A stretch of 61,456 nt of DNA, filler included, from Choristocarpus tenellus KU-1152 (GCA_964200185.2; 10 parts of 10 records of this genome joined end to end with filler, not necessarily neighbours in it); one strand, 5' to 3'; counted from the whole stretch's first letter, positions 39,150-52,402 are shown. Notes: a model not told the origin generated them from the letters alone. Program-made: numbers and translations.

Positions 39150-40165
39150 CTCACATACGGTGATGCCAAGGACATGCGTTTCAGGATACTGCACATCGAA
39201 CTGTCGCGAGGAGCTGTCCCTCGCCACGCCGAATACCCTTGGTCTACATTTTTTATTCCTGATAGCAGGGGAACACGTGGAATGGGCGTTAGTTACACCC
39301 TACAAGACAAAGGACCTTCTTAACATGTTTTTGGTCATTTTTTTATTAGTGAATTTTTGGCGAGCGTGTAGGGGACGTGTTTGCCCCGGTGCTGCATTAT
39401 ATGGTACACACCGTTGATGGTTAGTGTTTAGGTACTTTCGTACCCGTGGGTGGTGCTTGGTGTAGAGAGCACCGCAGGGCATTGGTGCCGGAAACGAGAG
39501 ACGATCCTCCGGCCTCGTGTACAGGCGCTGCACAGGGGCGCGTCTGCTGCTGCATATCACGCATGAATTCAGTGCGTTTTGTTGCGGAGGACCTGAGCGT
39601 TTCAACCTTGATACTGTATTTTCTTGCTGTGTTGAACAGAAGGGGTTGAAACGTTGACGTCATCCCATCCTCGAGTACCTCATCATCAGGAGCGATGCTC
39701 ACAAGAATGGAGTTGTTGTATACCTGGCGGGTATGTTCGGTGCTAAGACCTTTATACATTCTAGGAAGGTCTTCACCTGGAGATAAGGCGTAGACTCACG
39801 TTCTTCCCGAGCCAGCACAACTCGCAGTGCGCTCGCCAACGGCACAAACTTAGTTTTCCCGTCCAAGAACCAAGAGGCAAGATTGTTCCAAGTGTAGCCG
39901 CCGCCTTCACCCTCGTGTAGATGCTTGTGGTCGACAAGCATGGAGAGGAACTGATCCAGGATCTGACCTGTCTTGGATTTCTTCCAGGAACAAAGGGTAC
40001 TAGTCTTGGGCTGGCTCTTGAATCCCTGTTTCCTGGGAGTTACGAGAGGTTACCGTATGGGCTTTGTGGGATTGTTTCCCTTTGCTTCTTGACTTCAGTG
40101 TTGATGCGAATATAAATATTGCTACCATGTTGTTCATTCGAGGGGGGCACATTTATGCTCATGAT
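39150..40165 (-). pseudogene. Disrupted CpG-rich ORF of unknown (probably mobile-element) origin
   Basis: Overlapping minus-strand ORFs (39699-39941, 39421-39759) are linked by frameshifts and preceded by a direct-repeat pair. No recognised domain. Confidence 0.4.
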
Positions 40166-40368
40166 ATGTTGGGCGGTCTAGGGTTATGTTAGGTGGCACC
40201 AAGCGTATGAACCTTTATATGATGGAAACTTGGAGACCGCGAGGAAAGAAACTGCCCCTGGATGTCCATGTTCAAAAGGTGTGCATCGCGTGTGCGGACA
40301 TATGTGAGGCACATCCAAAATTTTTCGAAACATTTCCTAAACCATGTAAAACGAGGTGAATCGACGAA

Positions 40369-40614
40369 GTTTGTCATACGGCAATTTAGAGGCTATTGTT
40401 GATTTTTTGGACCATGAATGACGAACGTTTGGTGGGGTGTACCTCCAAATATATTCATGTATGCACCCACTACAATTGGTATCTTTTGTCACACGGCAAA
40501 TTAGAGGCTAGGGTTGATTTTTTGAACCATGAATTACGAGCGTTTGGTGGAGTATACCTCCAAATATATTCACGTATGTACCGACTACAATTGGTATCTT
40601 TTGTCGTACGGCAA
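40369..40614. repeat. Tandem duplication of ~115 bp
   Basis: TTTGTCA.ACGGCAA.TTAGAGGCTA..GTTGATTTTTTG.ACCATGAAT..CTACAATTGGTATCTT occurs twice, followed by the start of a third copy. Confidence 0.88.
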
Positions 40615-40687
40615 AGGACACAAAAATGGCATTACTTAACTTTATGAAGGAAGAACGAAGTACATGTTGTCATCGACTTCTCATTTT

Positions 40688-40740
40688 AAGGGTTAGAGAT
40701 AGGGTTGGGGTTGGGATTTAGGGTTAGGGTTAGGGTCAGG
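40688..40740 (+). repeat. Interstitial telomere-like (TTAGGG)n tract (similar short tracts at 16217-16236, 21181-21210, 43495-43508)
   Basis: AGGGTTAGAGATAGGGTTGGGGTTGGGATTTAGGGTTAGGGTTAGGGTCAGG. Confidence 0.75.
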
Positions 40741-43396
40741 TATAGATAGCACCAGAAATATCGTAAAACATCGTAAAATATCGTGATTGGCGCATCGGAT
40801 TTAATGCTCTTGATCAAGAGGTTTCGTTCTGTTATTCAAGGGAGGGCGTGTGCGTCACCGGTTCTGAACTATGGTTTTACTGTTGAACACCACGTCTCTC
40901 TAATTCGGATTTGAATGTGGGAGTTGGGAACCGTATGGCATGGGATAATAAAGTACGTTTATTCTGGAAGTGCTAATCCCTCATTGCTGTATTTACGGTA
41001 AGCCTAGGCTACATTGACGTATATCTAATGGCGATGGAGGCCTGAGCTTGCCTTTGGGATGTCTTGGGGCCTAACCCCCTGGAGTCCATAAGTTCATTCC
41101 CCATGTTAGCCAGGTCCCCTAGTGGCTGTCGGGTGGCCATCCCACGAGTGCAGTGCACTATTAGTCCGATCAAACCCATCTGGACGTACGGAAAATATGC
41201 CTTACACGGACATGCTCCGTCAAGATGTGACCTATTATATAACACCATGTCCTTATTCATACAAAATTCAGTAAGGGTGCTTGAGCCATTGTATGCAATT
41301 GAGCAATTTCCTTTACAACTGTATCAGAAGAGGTTAACACCACTGGACTTCCTTCGCGAAGGGGCACCAGGTGTGTATCCCTTCTAGGAGGATCAATCTT
41401 GTCTGCCGCTATCCCTGTCCACTGTACGTAACCCGGCACACCGAGGATGTCAGAAGGAATGAACACAACAGGACTTCCTTCGTGAAAGGACATCAGGTGT
41501 GTACCCTTCCAGAAGGATGTAACCTGGCCACGACTGGTCATGCTCTCCAGACCTAACTCGATGCGCAAAACATTTTCTCTCCCCTTCTACCAGTTTCCCC
41601 TGTCCGATTTGCAATGTGCCCACCCCATGCAATCATCACACGATTAAATGAGAGGGGCTGTCCAACCACTGGATGTTGCCATTCCTCCAAAGGGAAGCAG
41701 GAGGTGAGTTCCGTACAACAAAAGTACACCCTCTGTGCAGTCATTCAGGAGAGTTCCTGGAAGACCAATCTTGCAAACACTATCGTAATATATTGCCCAT
41801 GATGAATGTTACGACATTAATCCGTTCGCATACCTGTACCAACATGAGCGTGCCATCATGTACCCGACTGGTTGTATAATCCCATAAGTCATGGCCCTCT
41901 ACCCAACGATTCTTCTATAACTAATCGTAGCTTGCACTCTCATTCTAGGTCGACCCCTTTCCGTCAAGCAACCGTTCATGGTGTTTAGACGGGCAGAAGC
42001 AAATATGTTAACAATTCGGGTTTTATGTAGAAGAGGTTCCAAAAGATATTTACACAGATTGCAACCTTAGAGTGCTCGCCAATTTTTGGACTATCATAAG
42101 CCTGAAATACTTTGTACATCACTCTATTGGGTATTAACACCTGTACTTGTTTGTACAGTATTGTGAAGGAATAAATGTACTTGGGAACGTGTTAAACTTG
42201 TATGTCTTTGTAAAGATGATCGCATGTCGATCGATGTAGTGTGGGGGGCAGTAAAAAGTCATATACGCCTAACCCAAATTAGGGTTGTACATGAAGGAAG
42301 CAGCAACGAAAGAATTCCTAATGCGAGGGGCATTTTTCTGTACCTGTGAGTGGGTGCCCATGTTCAGTTGTATTGCGTCTAGGTGTTGGTGGGGGGGAAA
42401 TTGTAGGTAATTCCAACAATTGTTCCAATCACATGGTATTAAAGCATGTCGTTAGTATTTCGATCTGTCTGGGTGTTTGGCATAGGATGCGTGAGTGTAT
42501 CTGTGTGCGAACGGGTGTTCCTCGTTAAACATTTGCACACTGGTACTTCCGCGACTTTCTCGCTTTGGCACACCTGAATTTTGTACAATTCGTCTTGTCA
42601 TGAGAGCAGAGAGTATAATGCTTGTGTAGGTGGTGGAAGGGTTGTGTACGGTACAAGGTCAAAGGGTTGCATGTGCATGGGACGGTGTTAGGGTTAGATT
42701 TTATGGACCGCTTGGTTCTTTGTTTATAGAGTCAAGATGACCTCTACTTTTCATCTGGCGGCTGTTATGTAATGAAAGCATGTGAACACGGCCAAGGGTT
42801 TTTGACGCTTTTACTTCTAATCTATCTCTCTAGATGCGTAACAATAATGAGGTCTATGCTCTTAGATCGGTTCGAGGTCGTGTGTGGTGCGGGATCATGT
42901 TCAGATGTAGGGCATAAGGTATGATGTATTTTTTGTTTCAAGACTAGCGTATTCTGTGTTACGACGACGAACTAAGCGCCTCCGAGGAAGTCCTTGTGGA
43001 ATGCAGTGTTGTCCGACTATATTTGTGGGGTGTTTCTGGTGGCTTATGATAGATTAGGGTTGTACAAGAGGGAGAAAGCACGAATGGCAGGGGTGTGGGG
43101 GCCGTGGTCTTTTATTAAGTGGCGAGTACTTGCGTGCACAGCTGTACACATAGCCTGTGCCGTGTCTACGTCTATGATGTCAAAGTATCCCCAAAATCAT
43201 CAAAGAGGGTAAAAGTGATAAACCCGGCGAGATTGCTTGGTGTCTGTAGAGTGATTCATTAAGTTTAGGTGGGGCATGCAAGTCCNNNNNNNNNNNNNNN
43301 NNNNNNNNNNNNNNNNNNNNNNNNNNNNNTTAATTAATTAANNNNNNNNNNNNNNNNNNNNNNNNNNNNNNNNNNNNNNNNNNNNATGAAGCTTAT

Positions 43397-43496
43397 GATT
43401 GATTTCCCAGCTCACCACGATTAAATAGTCGTTTCGACGATTGATTTCCCAGCTCACCACGATGAATCAGTTGCTTCGACGATTGATTCCCAGCTA
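43397..43496. repeat. Minisatellite, 42-bp period, ~2.4 copies
   Basis: GATTGATTTCCCAGCTCACCACGAT at 43397 and 43439, with a partial copy at 43481. Confidence 0.88.
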
Positions 43497-44084
43497 ACCC
43501 TAACCCTAATTACTACAAAACCGATATTGTACAATATAGATTGTGTGCCGCTTTTTTAGGGCATGCCCATGAGTGCACAAAATCGGGGTAGGTACTGTAT
43601 CCTCATCAATGTCGGAGATCCCAAAAAAGGTGACCTGTTTTTGTGTGAGATATATACAGTATGTGGAAAATGTCATTAAGAAAAATATGTATATGTGAGA
43701 GATATCGAACAACATTCCAAGTTAACAAAAATACCCTTATTAATTTATTCAGCTTCAGGAATGCCTGCCAAGTTCTTGACCTTACCCTCTCTCTATGAAT
43801 TGTGAAGTGTGATTTCCAGTTGGGGTTACGGGGGAATATAGTCATTAGGATTATCTACCAGGAAGAGAGGAGTTGGGGGAGGCAACGGATTTGACTCATT
43901 AGGTTTCAGTCTTCTTGTGCTATACACCAGGGACGTTTCTCCTTTTGGATTGATCCAGTGCAGTGGGCTTGTCTTCACTGCGGACAATTCAGAGGGAGCC
44001 TGTACTACTACGAATTCAGTTGTACCCAACGGAATACGAGCCGTCCAGGACTTGTTGTGTCAACTTGTTGTGTCAATTGCAGTT

Positions 44085-46649
44085 ATGGCGACAGGGGAAT
44101 CGGATCCTATTCTGGCGGTGCAGGGTGAAGGTCAAGAGCATGTTGATGTTTTGGAGGATGAAATGGCGAATGGCGCAGAAAATGGCAGCGGCGTTAACAT
44201 GACAACCATTTTCGCTGCGAGCAAATGGATTGCGAAAGCACGTCGAATCCAGGGGTAGGAGAATGAATCTTTCGATGTGTGATGTTGGCCTTTGCTCTTA
44301 ACTTGTTTGCATTATGGAAAATTACCAACCACTCTAGACATATCTACCGTCATTTCTTGTCTTCAAAATCTCTCCTACTTGTGGCAGTGAGCCGGTCATC
44401 GAACTCAACACACTTCTTGGCAACGTTTCCATTTCTTATCAGCCCAAGCAGAGGGAGGCAAGATTCAGAAAACTGGAGAAAGATGAAGTCGTACTCCACA
44501 ATCTCTGATAGAGATGACCCGGATCAGGAAGTTGGTGTGGGAGGGGACAAAGACATCATCGATAATGGACCCATAGAAAACGGCGAGGAGGAAGGCGAGC
44601 TTTGGAAGTTGTGGCATTTGCTGATGGGCAATCCTATCAACGTGATGCTTATTTTCGTGCCTTTGGCATTTATCGTTAAGTTCGCTGGGTGCAGCGATAC
44701 TACTGTCTTCGTCATCAATTTTCTGGCCATGATGGTGGGTCTGATATGATCGTGATTGTACCATATCCTCCAGCGCTCCAACAATGAACTCAGACTTCCG
44801 ATCTCCCTATTTGATGCTAGAGGCCCCTACTTGGTTGTTGAGGTCGTGTCCAGCACATAATTGTGTCATTCTCGGGCCCATTCAGTCCCCTCCACGTTAC
44901 TCTGGACTAGAGGAACAAAGACTTCCTGATTTGGCTATGTTAGGTATCTCCACATGACCCGCCTCCTCATTCACATTCCAATTTTGGAGTCGATTGGCCT
45001 CAGGAGCAGCATACCTTTCCCCAACTTTCATTTCCTGGCAGCCTTTGGCAAGCATGCTAGGGGACTTCACCGAAGAGGTATCTCTGCACACAAACCAGAC
45101 AGTTGGCGGTCTCATCCAGGCCACCCTGGGAAACACAGTGGAGATCGTCGTTTCACTTCAGGCCCTCTATGCAAACCAGATCAGGGTTGTTCAGGTGAAG
45201 AGTTGGACACTTCCTCTTTGTGTTTTTGTCCATGATTTTCGATTTGTTGTAATCTTCATGTTATCCTGAACTGAGGGGAGTGAAGGGAAACAGTGGCAGT
45301 CGTTCATGTTGGGAGAAGAGAAGATCTGGGTTTGAGATAGGGAGAGGGGGTAACCATACTATTTTGGACTACTAATAATCTGATGGGTTGCCTTTTTTTT
45401 TGTAGAAGGTAAATGCTGCTCACTGTGTCAGTTGCACACTTTGTTTGATGTCCCATGTAACGGACCATTTGACAGATATGTGGAGGCTCTGCTGGGCACA
45501 AGGACCATGCCCCTTCCTCCTTGTCTCTGCTTACTTACAAGTATTGATTGAGTAATGCTGATGGTGTCTCTTTCGTATTGCTTTGACCAAACCTCTTGCG
45601 CAATCAATTTCTTAGTGCAAGTTGAATTCTTTCTTTCATTTGTTCTTTTTTATCCCGGTCACTCAGAGCACAGTCTAGTAGTGCAGTTTCTTTCTGCTGA
45701 GCCCAGAGGCTCCCCAATCTCTCCCTCCTCCGCCTGCCCTTTGCAGGCCTCCCTCCTAGGTTCAGTGTTCTCAAACCTGCTTCTGGTACTAGGTTGCTGC
45801 TTCTTCTTCGGTGGGCTCAAATTCAAGGAGCAAAAGTTCAACTCCACTAGTGCTATTGCCAACATGAGCCTTTTGTTGCTCTCCTCACTGGCTTTGGTCC
45901 TCCCAACGCCCCTCTCACAGACCAAGGTTTGATTGAGTGCAATGTGTGACTATATTTTGGGATTTGCTTAGTTGGAGGAGGGTATGTAAGGGGTGATCAC
46001 AAATATTGGTGGTTTTCTTACAATGCTGAAGGTATTTTAGGTCACCTTCAACAAGAAACACCCTCACCCCAAAATCAAAACAGACCATTTTCGTTTCCAA
46101 TTTATGCTTTCCGTATCAGAAATGTGTGTGGACGTGCCACTGAATTGGGTTGATATTTTGGCGCAGCATAAGAATGCTACATCATGTTTTAAAGTAACAT
46201 TACTATTTCATTTATGTAGTATTATGCATTTCTGTGCCCCACCTTTTGTCTGGGCTATGTTTTGTTGTCCAGGGGCATGGCAGCCACGATTCTTGATTGA
46301 GATGAAGTGTGATGTTGAAATGTCTCGATTCCTGTACTAGCCCCCTCCATCGCCAGTTTTGTGTCATGTTTTGGCTCCATTGCAAGAGGGAAGTTTTAGG
46401 GAGATAGTTATAGAACGAATTGCTCATTGATCATGTGCCCAAAGGATGCAGTGTGAGCCATCCTAGGTGTGAAATGTTGAGGGAATAGATGTGAGGAGTC
46501 ACACAGTGCACCCGATATGATCATTCCTCCCCCAAAAAATATATTTTTCTATTATTTGCCAGAGCGTGAGCTGATTCCACCACTAACCCTCACCCCTTTT
46601 CCACTTTGTCTTTTTGTATTGCGTTGTTTTGTGTGTGTATGTGTGTGCG

Positions 46650-46691
<42 letters not shown>

Positions 46692-46810
46692 TTGTGTTTT
46701 GGGATGTTCTATTGTGCCTATGACTATAGACAGAGGAGGAGGTCCTTGTTGTTTCTCGATTTACAGGGGTGTTCCTCCTGGCCATGTATGCCCAACTAAT
46801 GATATTCCAG
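44085..46810 (+). CDS. CAX: Vacuolar-type Ca2+/H+ exchanger (CaCA superfamily), 5' part: exons 44085-44254, 44443-44734, 45042-45194, 45747-45926, 46730-46810; truncated by contig end
   Basis: NVMLIFVPLA, FLAMMPLASMLGDFTEEV, VGGLIQATLGNTVE (alpha-1 repeat), VVQASLLGSVFSNLLLVLG and EQKFN are CAX signatures. GT-AG introns are in phase. Confidence 0.93.
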
Positions 46811-47283
46811 GTGTGATAGTAGAGAAGCACAACATTGACATACAGTGGGTAGGGAGATTTAAGAGGGCAGTAAGTGTTTTAAGGGGTTATGAAGGTCTCT
46901 TGTTAGGAAGAGGTGAGCTGTTAACTGCATGATGGACAGTTCAACATTTGTAGACCTCGAGGGGTTAATTTTCGAGTAATTACTTTGGCAGGAGGTTCAG
47001 AAGGAACTTCAGAAATGATGATTTTCACATGAGTTGGAATGGAGCTGGAGGGAGCAGCAAGAATCAAATTGCTGCTGGGGAGAGGGTAATGAAGTAATTT
47101 GAAAGGGAAATTTCATGAGGTCAGTTGGGTGTGGTCAAACTACTTTAAACTGAGCTTTCAGAAGGAGGTAGGGATTATCTTGACTATGCCCAGGCTCAAG
47201 TTTCTCACCCTTAGTGTACTGCTGAAACTTCTTGAGAATTGACACACCTCAGATGTGCTGAGTTCGTGTGCTGTCTGCCTCTC

Positions 47284-47323
<40 letters not shown>

Positions 47324-48599
47324 TTTCTCTATCAACCATAACNNNNNNNNNNNNNNNNNNNNNNNNNNNNNNNNNNNNNNNNNNNNTTAATTAATTAANN
47401 NNNNNNNNNNNNNNNNNNNNNNNNNNNNNNNNNNNNNNNNNNGATGTTGCTCATCACTCCTAAGTTTGCACTTGACTAACCTTAATCTCTTACCCTCGGT
47501 CATGGTTCGTCCTTGTTCGTGTGGTCCGTCTTGCCCTGTGATTCTCTTCGCCACCCTTGCCTGAGAAAACCACGCCGCCACAGAATCACACGATTCACAC
47601 AATAGTGAAAATCATTATCGTCTCGGGGTAAGACCCTCGGAGCAACACGCAATGGTTTGATTATCTCATAGGGGGAATCATCCAATCGAAGCGACCAATT
47701 CCCATTTGTTTTAGCCAACCAAAATGCTACAAAAAGTTGCATTCTACAAGGACAAGATTCATAATGGTTTGGGTACCAGGTGAGATAGATGCGCGTGTTA
47801 TGTTTGCTAGCATGTCACACCCTTTCGCTGCCTCAGCCAAAACCCCGATCGTTAGGCAGGAAGTACGACTACCTTGCCAGAACAGGACGTCCATTGATGA
47901 TGAGGTATCAAGCCAAACTTAGCTGCCACAGCAAGAGGTTGTCAACAATGTACTGGCAACCCTTCCACCGATGCTTCAAGCTGTCTTAACCAGAACTCGT
48001 CGCCCGCTGTCTGTGCTGCCGTAAACAAACAACCTACTTCGGTTTCTGCGAAATACGAAACTTGTTCTTCCAAAGAGCAAAGCATCAAAACCCGTTCGAC
48101 CAGTCACCTCTGTTCCCCAGTCTGTGCTTCGATCCCCACTTCCTTCAGTCACAGACAGGGCAAACGATAGAAGTCGCATGATTGAGGAAAATATCTACCT
48201 CCATCGCTCAATCCACTGGGGAATGTCCAGGGAAGGTTCGAAATAGACGGAAGCTAACACGGGCCAAGGTACTCTTTCGTCACGGGGCGCCCACTAACCG
48301 AGCTGAAGATGGTTTGAATTTGCCCGTCACCTTCAAGTGGCGTTTCTTGTTTTTTACATATTTTTCTTTTTGATAGTGAGTTTCATTTTGTGCAAACTGA
48401 TTTTCGTAGTGGATTTTCTTATCGCCATTAGACAAAATATCATAATTTATCTCATTTTGTGTCAGAGTTTTATGAAGTAAACTGAGTTTTGTGGGCGAAA
48501 GAATTCTGGTTGGCAGGAGGCACAGGAAAAGCGTGGGCAGGGGAAAGAAAAAGAAGGAAGCAGGAAGAGAACGGATAGTTAAGAAAGGGAAGAAAGGGT

Positions 48600-51500
48600 T
48601 AATGGAAATGAGTGGTAGATAAGGGGAAGATCAGCATCCAGTCAGTGATAAACGGAAAGAAGACCAGGGGTACAAGACGAGGAGGGGAGACCAAGGCAAC
48701 CTCCGAGCAAGCGTCTCGTCCGAAGTAACAAAATATGGCGGATAGGAGAGTGGACAAAGATGAAAGGAACAAGATGTTCAGGGGTTTACTAGTGTTTCAA
48801 CACAAGACAAGGTGGGAAGACTTGATGGGAAACGACGGAAAAAAAGGGGGAAACGACGGGAAGGAAACAATGGAAGGGTGGGAAGAAGAGAAGGGATGGA
48901 AGGAAAATGAAGAGGAGATAGGAACAATGGCGGTGCAGAGGATGCAATCGCAGATTGAGAGGGCACAACAAGAGATGGGTTTGAGGCAAAGTATCTTAGA
49001 GGGTAGAGCCGCGTCCATTTGGGGGCCAAAATCCAATGTGGCGATTCTGATTATGTAATTTTGGCTATCGTGTTTGTTAGGAAGTGTCAGTATCCTTGTT
49101 CCAGAAACACCTTTTCATAAGGTGTACATTTTACCCACTCCAGAATATTTTGGATTAGGAAAATGTCATAAGAGAACCCATTGGAAGCCAAGTCCCAAAT
49201 GGACAAACATGGCAAAACTCGCACCCTCTAAGATACTTTCACTCTTTCCTCAAAAGGGTGGAGGAAGAGAGAAATGAGCAGAAGAAGAAGACGAGAGAGA
49301 GAACAGGAGTGAAGCCGAACCCAGTCAAGTCCAGGACCAGAGCAACGAAATATCAAAGCTAACTGAAAGGATGGACATGATGATGGAGATATTACAAGAG
49401 CTATGCCGAACACAAAAACCAGAAGGGGGAGGGGGGGGGACAGTGTTGAAACACTAGTAAAACCCTGAGCTACCGAGCCTAATGTTTCAAGAGACAGAGG
49501 GATGGGAAAGGGAGCAGGTGCGACGGTGGAAGGAAACGCGATATCATCGACAACAATGGCGCAGAGAATAAAGAAGAAGTCTATGATCCAGGCATGGAAC
49601 AGAGTCGAAGTGAAGAAGTACTTCGTACTCCTCGGATTCATTACCTTATTCATCAAAACGGGCAATGCGAGATCGATACAGTACAAGCTACAACGCATTG
49701 TAGAAGAAACAACCGACGTCACAGAAGAGGTGGCAATGCAGAGGGAAAACCTGTCAGCCTTTACAATTAAGGACTACATACCGAGGGGGGAGTTGGGGAG
49801 AAAGACATGCAAGGGGGGCTACGAACTGCCCGACAATTTTCGACTGTTTTGTGGCAGCAATGATGAGACTGTGCAGGTATGGAGACAGTTGGAGGACAGC
49901 AAAGGTGATTGAGGACCTAGAAGAGGCGAGGTGTAAGGTACGAATGTTTTATGGTGCCAACAAACTCACGTTACTAGAGAGTCCCAAAATCGTTGAACTG
50001 ATTTTTTGAGCAGTGGGGGAGGATCTACAGTGTTGGGAGGAAAAGATAGCCGCAGCAGTAGACATCGTAGGGAACAAATTTAACGCACCGCCTCCCCGTG
50101 ACACATGGATACCACTCCCTCCGAGACCTCGCTTCACATGTTTGGAAACGACATTGGGTCAGGCAAACATACTGCCTGCCCTATATAGCACTGGGTCCCG
50201 CTCCCGTTCCATGAAGAGAGCGAGGATATGGGGGGAGACAAGAACTTCAAAATCTCCCAGAGCTAAGGACAGGAATAGAGCAGGAGCCTCAAAAGGAGGG
50301 GGAAGAACCTACAACCCGTGTTTTGCGTGGAAGGCAGGACAGGAGTGTGACTTCTTAAAAAGAAATGGTTCTTGCAAGTACGACCATTTCAAAGAAGGTG
50401 AAGAAGAGAAGGAGAAGGAAGACCAGATTGATACCAACTCTACTACGAAGAAAGACCCATGAAGACGCGGGCCCACCCCTCCCCGGGGTGGGCCGGCAGG
50501 AAGAGACCAATGGACGTCAAGACTACCACAACATAGGCAAGAGACGTCAGGGATTCCAACGCCAGGGTCAATACGCCGGACACTCAAAGGTAGAGGGGGA
50601 GGGGAAGGGGGAATAAAGGATGACTTCGAAGATTGGTCGAGAGCATGGGAGAATTGGAAAGGAGAAAAGGATTGGGTAACGTTAGAGAAGGGACTGAAGG
50701 ATTTGGCAATGAAGGGGGAAGCACTACTAGGAGAGTGTGGGGGGGACTTGGTAACACGAGTGGATAGGTTAGGGGAAAGATGGAGCCCAAAACAGTTGAA
50801 TGGGAGAAGATTAATGACCACTTTGAGAAAAAGGTTGGGTTCCCACAGATAGAGAAACTCCAACAGGTAGCGAACAGGGGAGCACCAGTGGGTGTAGGAG
50901 GAATAGGCAGTGTTGAGGAGAGACTAGAGTATGGAAACCACACGAGTGCAAGAAGTAGAAAGAAGGCCCTTCTAGAAAAGGTAGTGAGTGACGTGACCCA
51001 TTGTAGAGCTTTGGTGTTTCCAAAAAGGATATGGGGGAAGATACCAGGATTGCAGGTGTCCCCAGTTGGAGTCATACAAGAACCCACGAAGGTAAAACTG
51101 TGTGCTTTACAAAAATAGAAGAAGTTACAACGTGGAGATGGGTAAGTGGTGGAGGTATGAGGGGAGTGCGTGAAGAAGGATATCAATTGAAGGGAGATGA
51201 AAGGAGAGGGGGGGAGTATATCAATCATTGTACTAGAATGGTTGGGGAGGGGAGTGAATGTAGGGTTCGTTGAAGACAGGGGAAATGATAAAGAAGGGGG
51301 ACCCAGTATTATGAAGATAAGACACCACGTCTGCAATGCATTGGTTTGTAAGGGTGGGGGGGGCAAGAGATGAGAGGGTGGGAAGATTGATAAGAAGGGG
51401 CAAGATCGAGGTAGTAAGGGAACGGTCAGTTGCAGCAGAACACGTTAATGGGAAGAAGGATGATCTGGTATATGGAATATCAAGATCGGAAAAGGAAAAC

Positions 51501-52280
51501 ACTCCATCTAACCTTCAACATGCTTGTCCATGTGTTGACTGGCAGGAACAGACCCTGGGTTGGGAATGGGAAATGATGTGATTGAGAGCCTTTCAGCCCC
51601 GTAGGCCAGAGGCACGGTTGCGCCATCTACTCAGAAGTATGACAAGACAGCTTGGGAACAATTGTCTGAATTCTGTACATAGAGAGGATTGAGTAGGTGG
51701 TGGGACCGTAGAAGTCGAGAGCTGGATGGTGGGAAGGCGCGAGTGGAGTTTACGTGACACTGTTACAGGAGTAGGGGGAGCCAAGTAGGTAAATCAAAGA
51801 CTAAGATTTCAGCAATCCAGTACTACCGCAAACAATTTCTTAACATCAAACTTCCCACGCAGCACATCATCATTTCCTCAGGGCCAAAGGGTGTGAGTAG
51901 GAGAAGAATATGGAGGATCTCAAGGTGGTGGCAATTATGGAATACTTCGCAGAACTCCCTCCGGACGCCCCACTTAGGACATATAGGGATTGGAGAGGTG
52001 GAGGGTGATTACGTGGAGCCAAGCAACAACGGGTGTCTTGAAAAGAATAGTGGGGGAGCTTAGGTTGAGACCAGAGGAGTATGCCTTGTACTCGGGCAGG
52101 ATAGGAGGAGTGACGAAAGTGGCAATAATGGGGGTGTCAGAGATAGTAATACAGAGGGAGGGAAGGTGGAAATCATGTGAATTCAGGGTATATGTAAGAA
52201 CCAACCAGAGTGGATGTCGAAGGGCGTGGCAGAGATTAAGAAGGATTGGGTATAACCAAAGGCAGGAGGTACTGGGATGA
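48600..52280 (+). mobile_element. Decayed tyrosine-recombinase retrotransposon (DIRS/Ngaro type): gag-like/CCCH, RT N-terminus, RNase H remnant, YR
   Basis: CCCH finger CFAWKAGQECDFLKRNGSCKYDH (~50318-50386). RT entry YGNHTSA..RALVFP..GLQVSPVGV (50930-51100). RNase H-like AEHVNGKKDDLVYGISR (~51430-51490). YR C-terminus YALYSGRIGG..IQREGRWKS..FRVYVR (52080-52200). Boundaries approximate. Confidence 0.85.
48983..49244 (+). mobile_element. MITE family A nested in the retroelement, apparent 3-bp TSD TTT
   Basis: Ends GAGGCAAAGTATCTTAGAGGGTA and CACCCTCTAAGATACTTTCACTC, with TTT flanks. Confidence 0.92.
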
Positions 52281-52358
52281 AGTAGAGTAGAAATCAACAC
52301 CGGAGAGGGGAGGTCAAGTTCTGGCGGGGTAGATGTCTTCTAGTTCAAATGCACGGTA

Positions 52359-52402
52359 GGGTCAAAGTATCCGGGGGGAGGAGTGATTTTATACTTTGAC
52401 CC
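52359..52402. mobile_element. 44-bp minimal TIR element
   Basis: Perfect 12-bp TIR GGGTCAAAGTAT/ATACTTTGACCC around a 20-bp core. Flanks GGTA/AGTA. Confidence 0.75.

Noticed and set aside
43397-43496. CRISPR-like 25-bp repeat with 17-bp spacers
   Set aside because: The spacers resemble each other (both end TTCGAC) and are too short. There are only ~2.4 units, no cas genes, and the context is eukaryotic. It is a minisatellite.
43506-44029. Minus-strand gene divergent from CAX (phase-0 segments ..GETSL|IILM..HRER|VTFFGISD..)
   Set aside because: No in-frame ATG and no recognisable homology. The splice sites may be coincidental.
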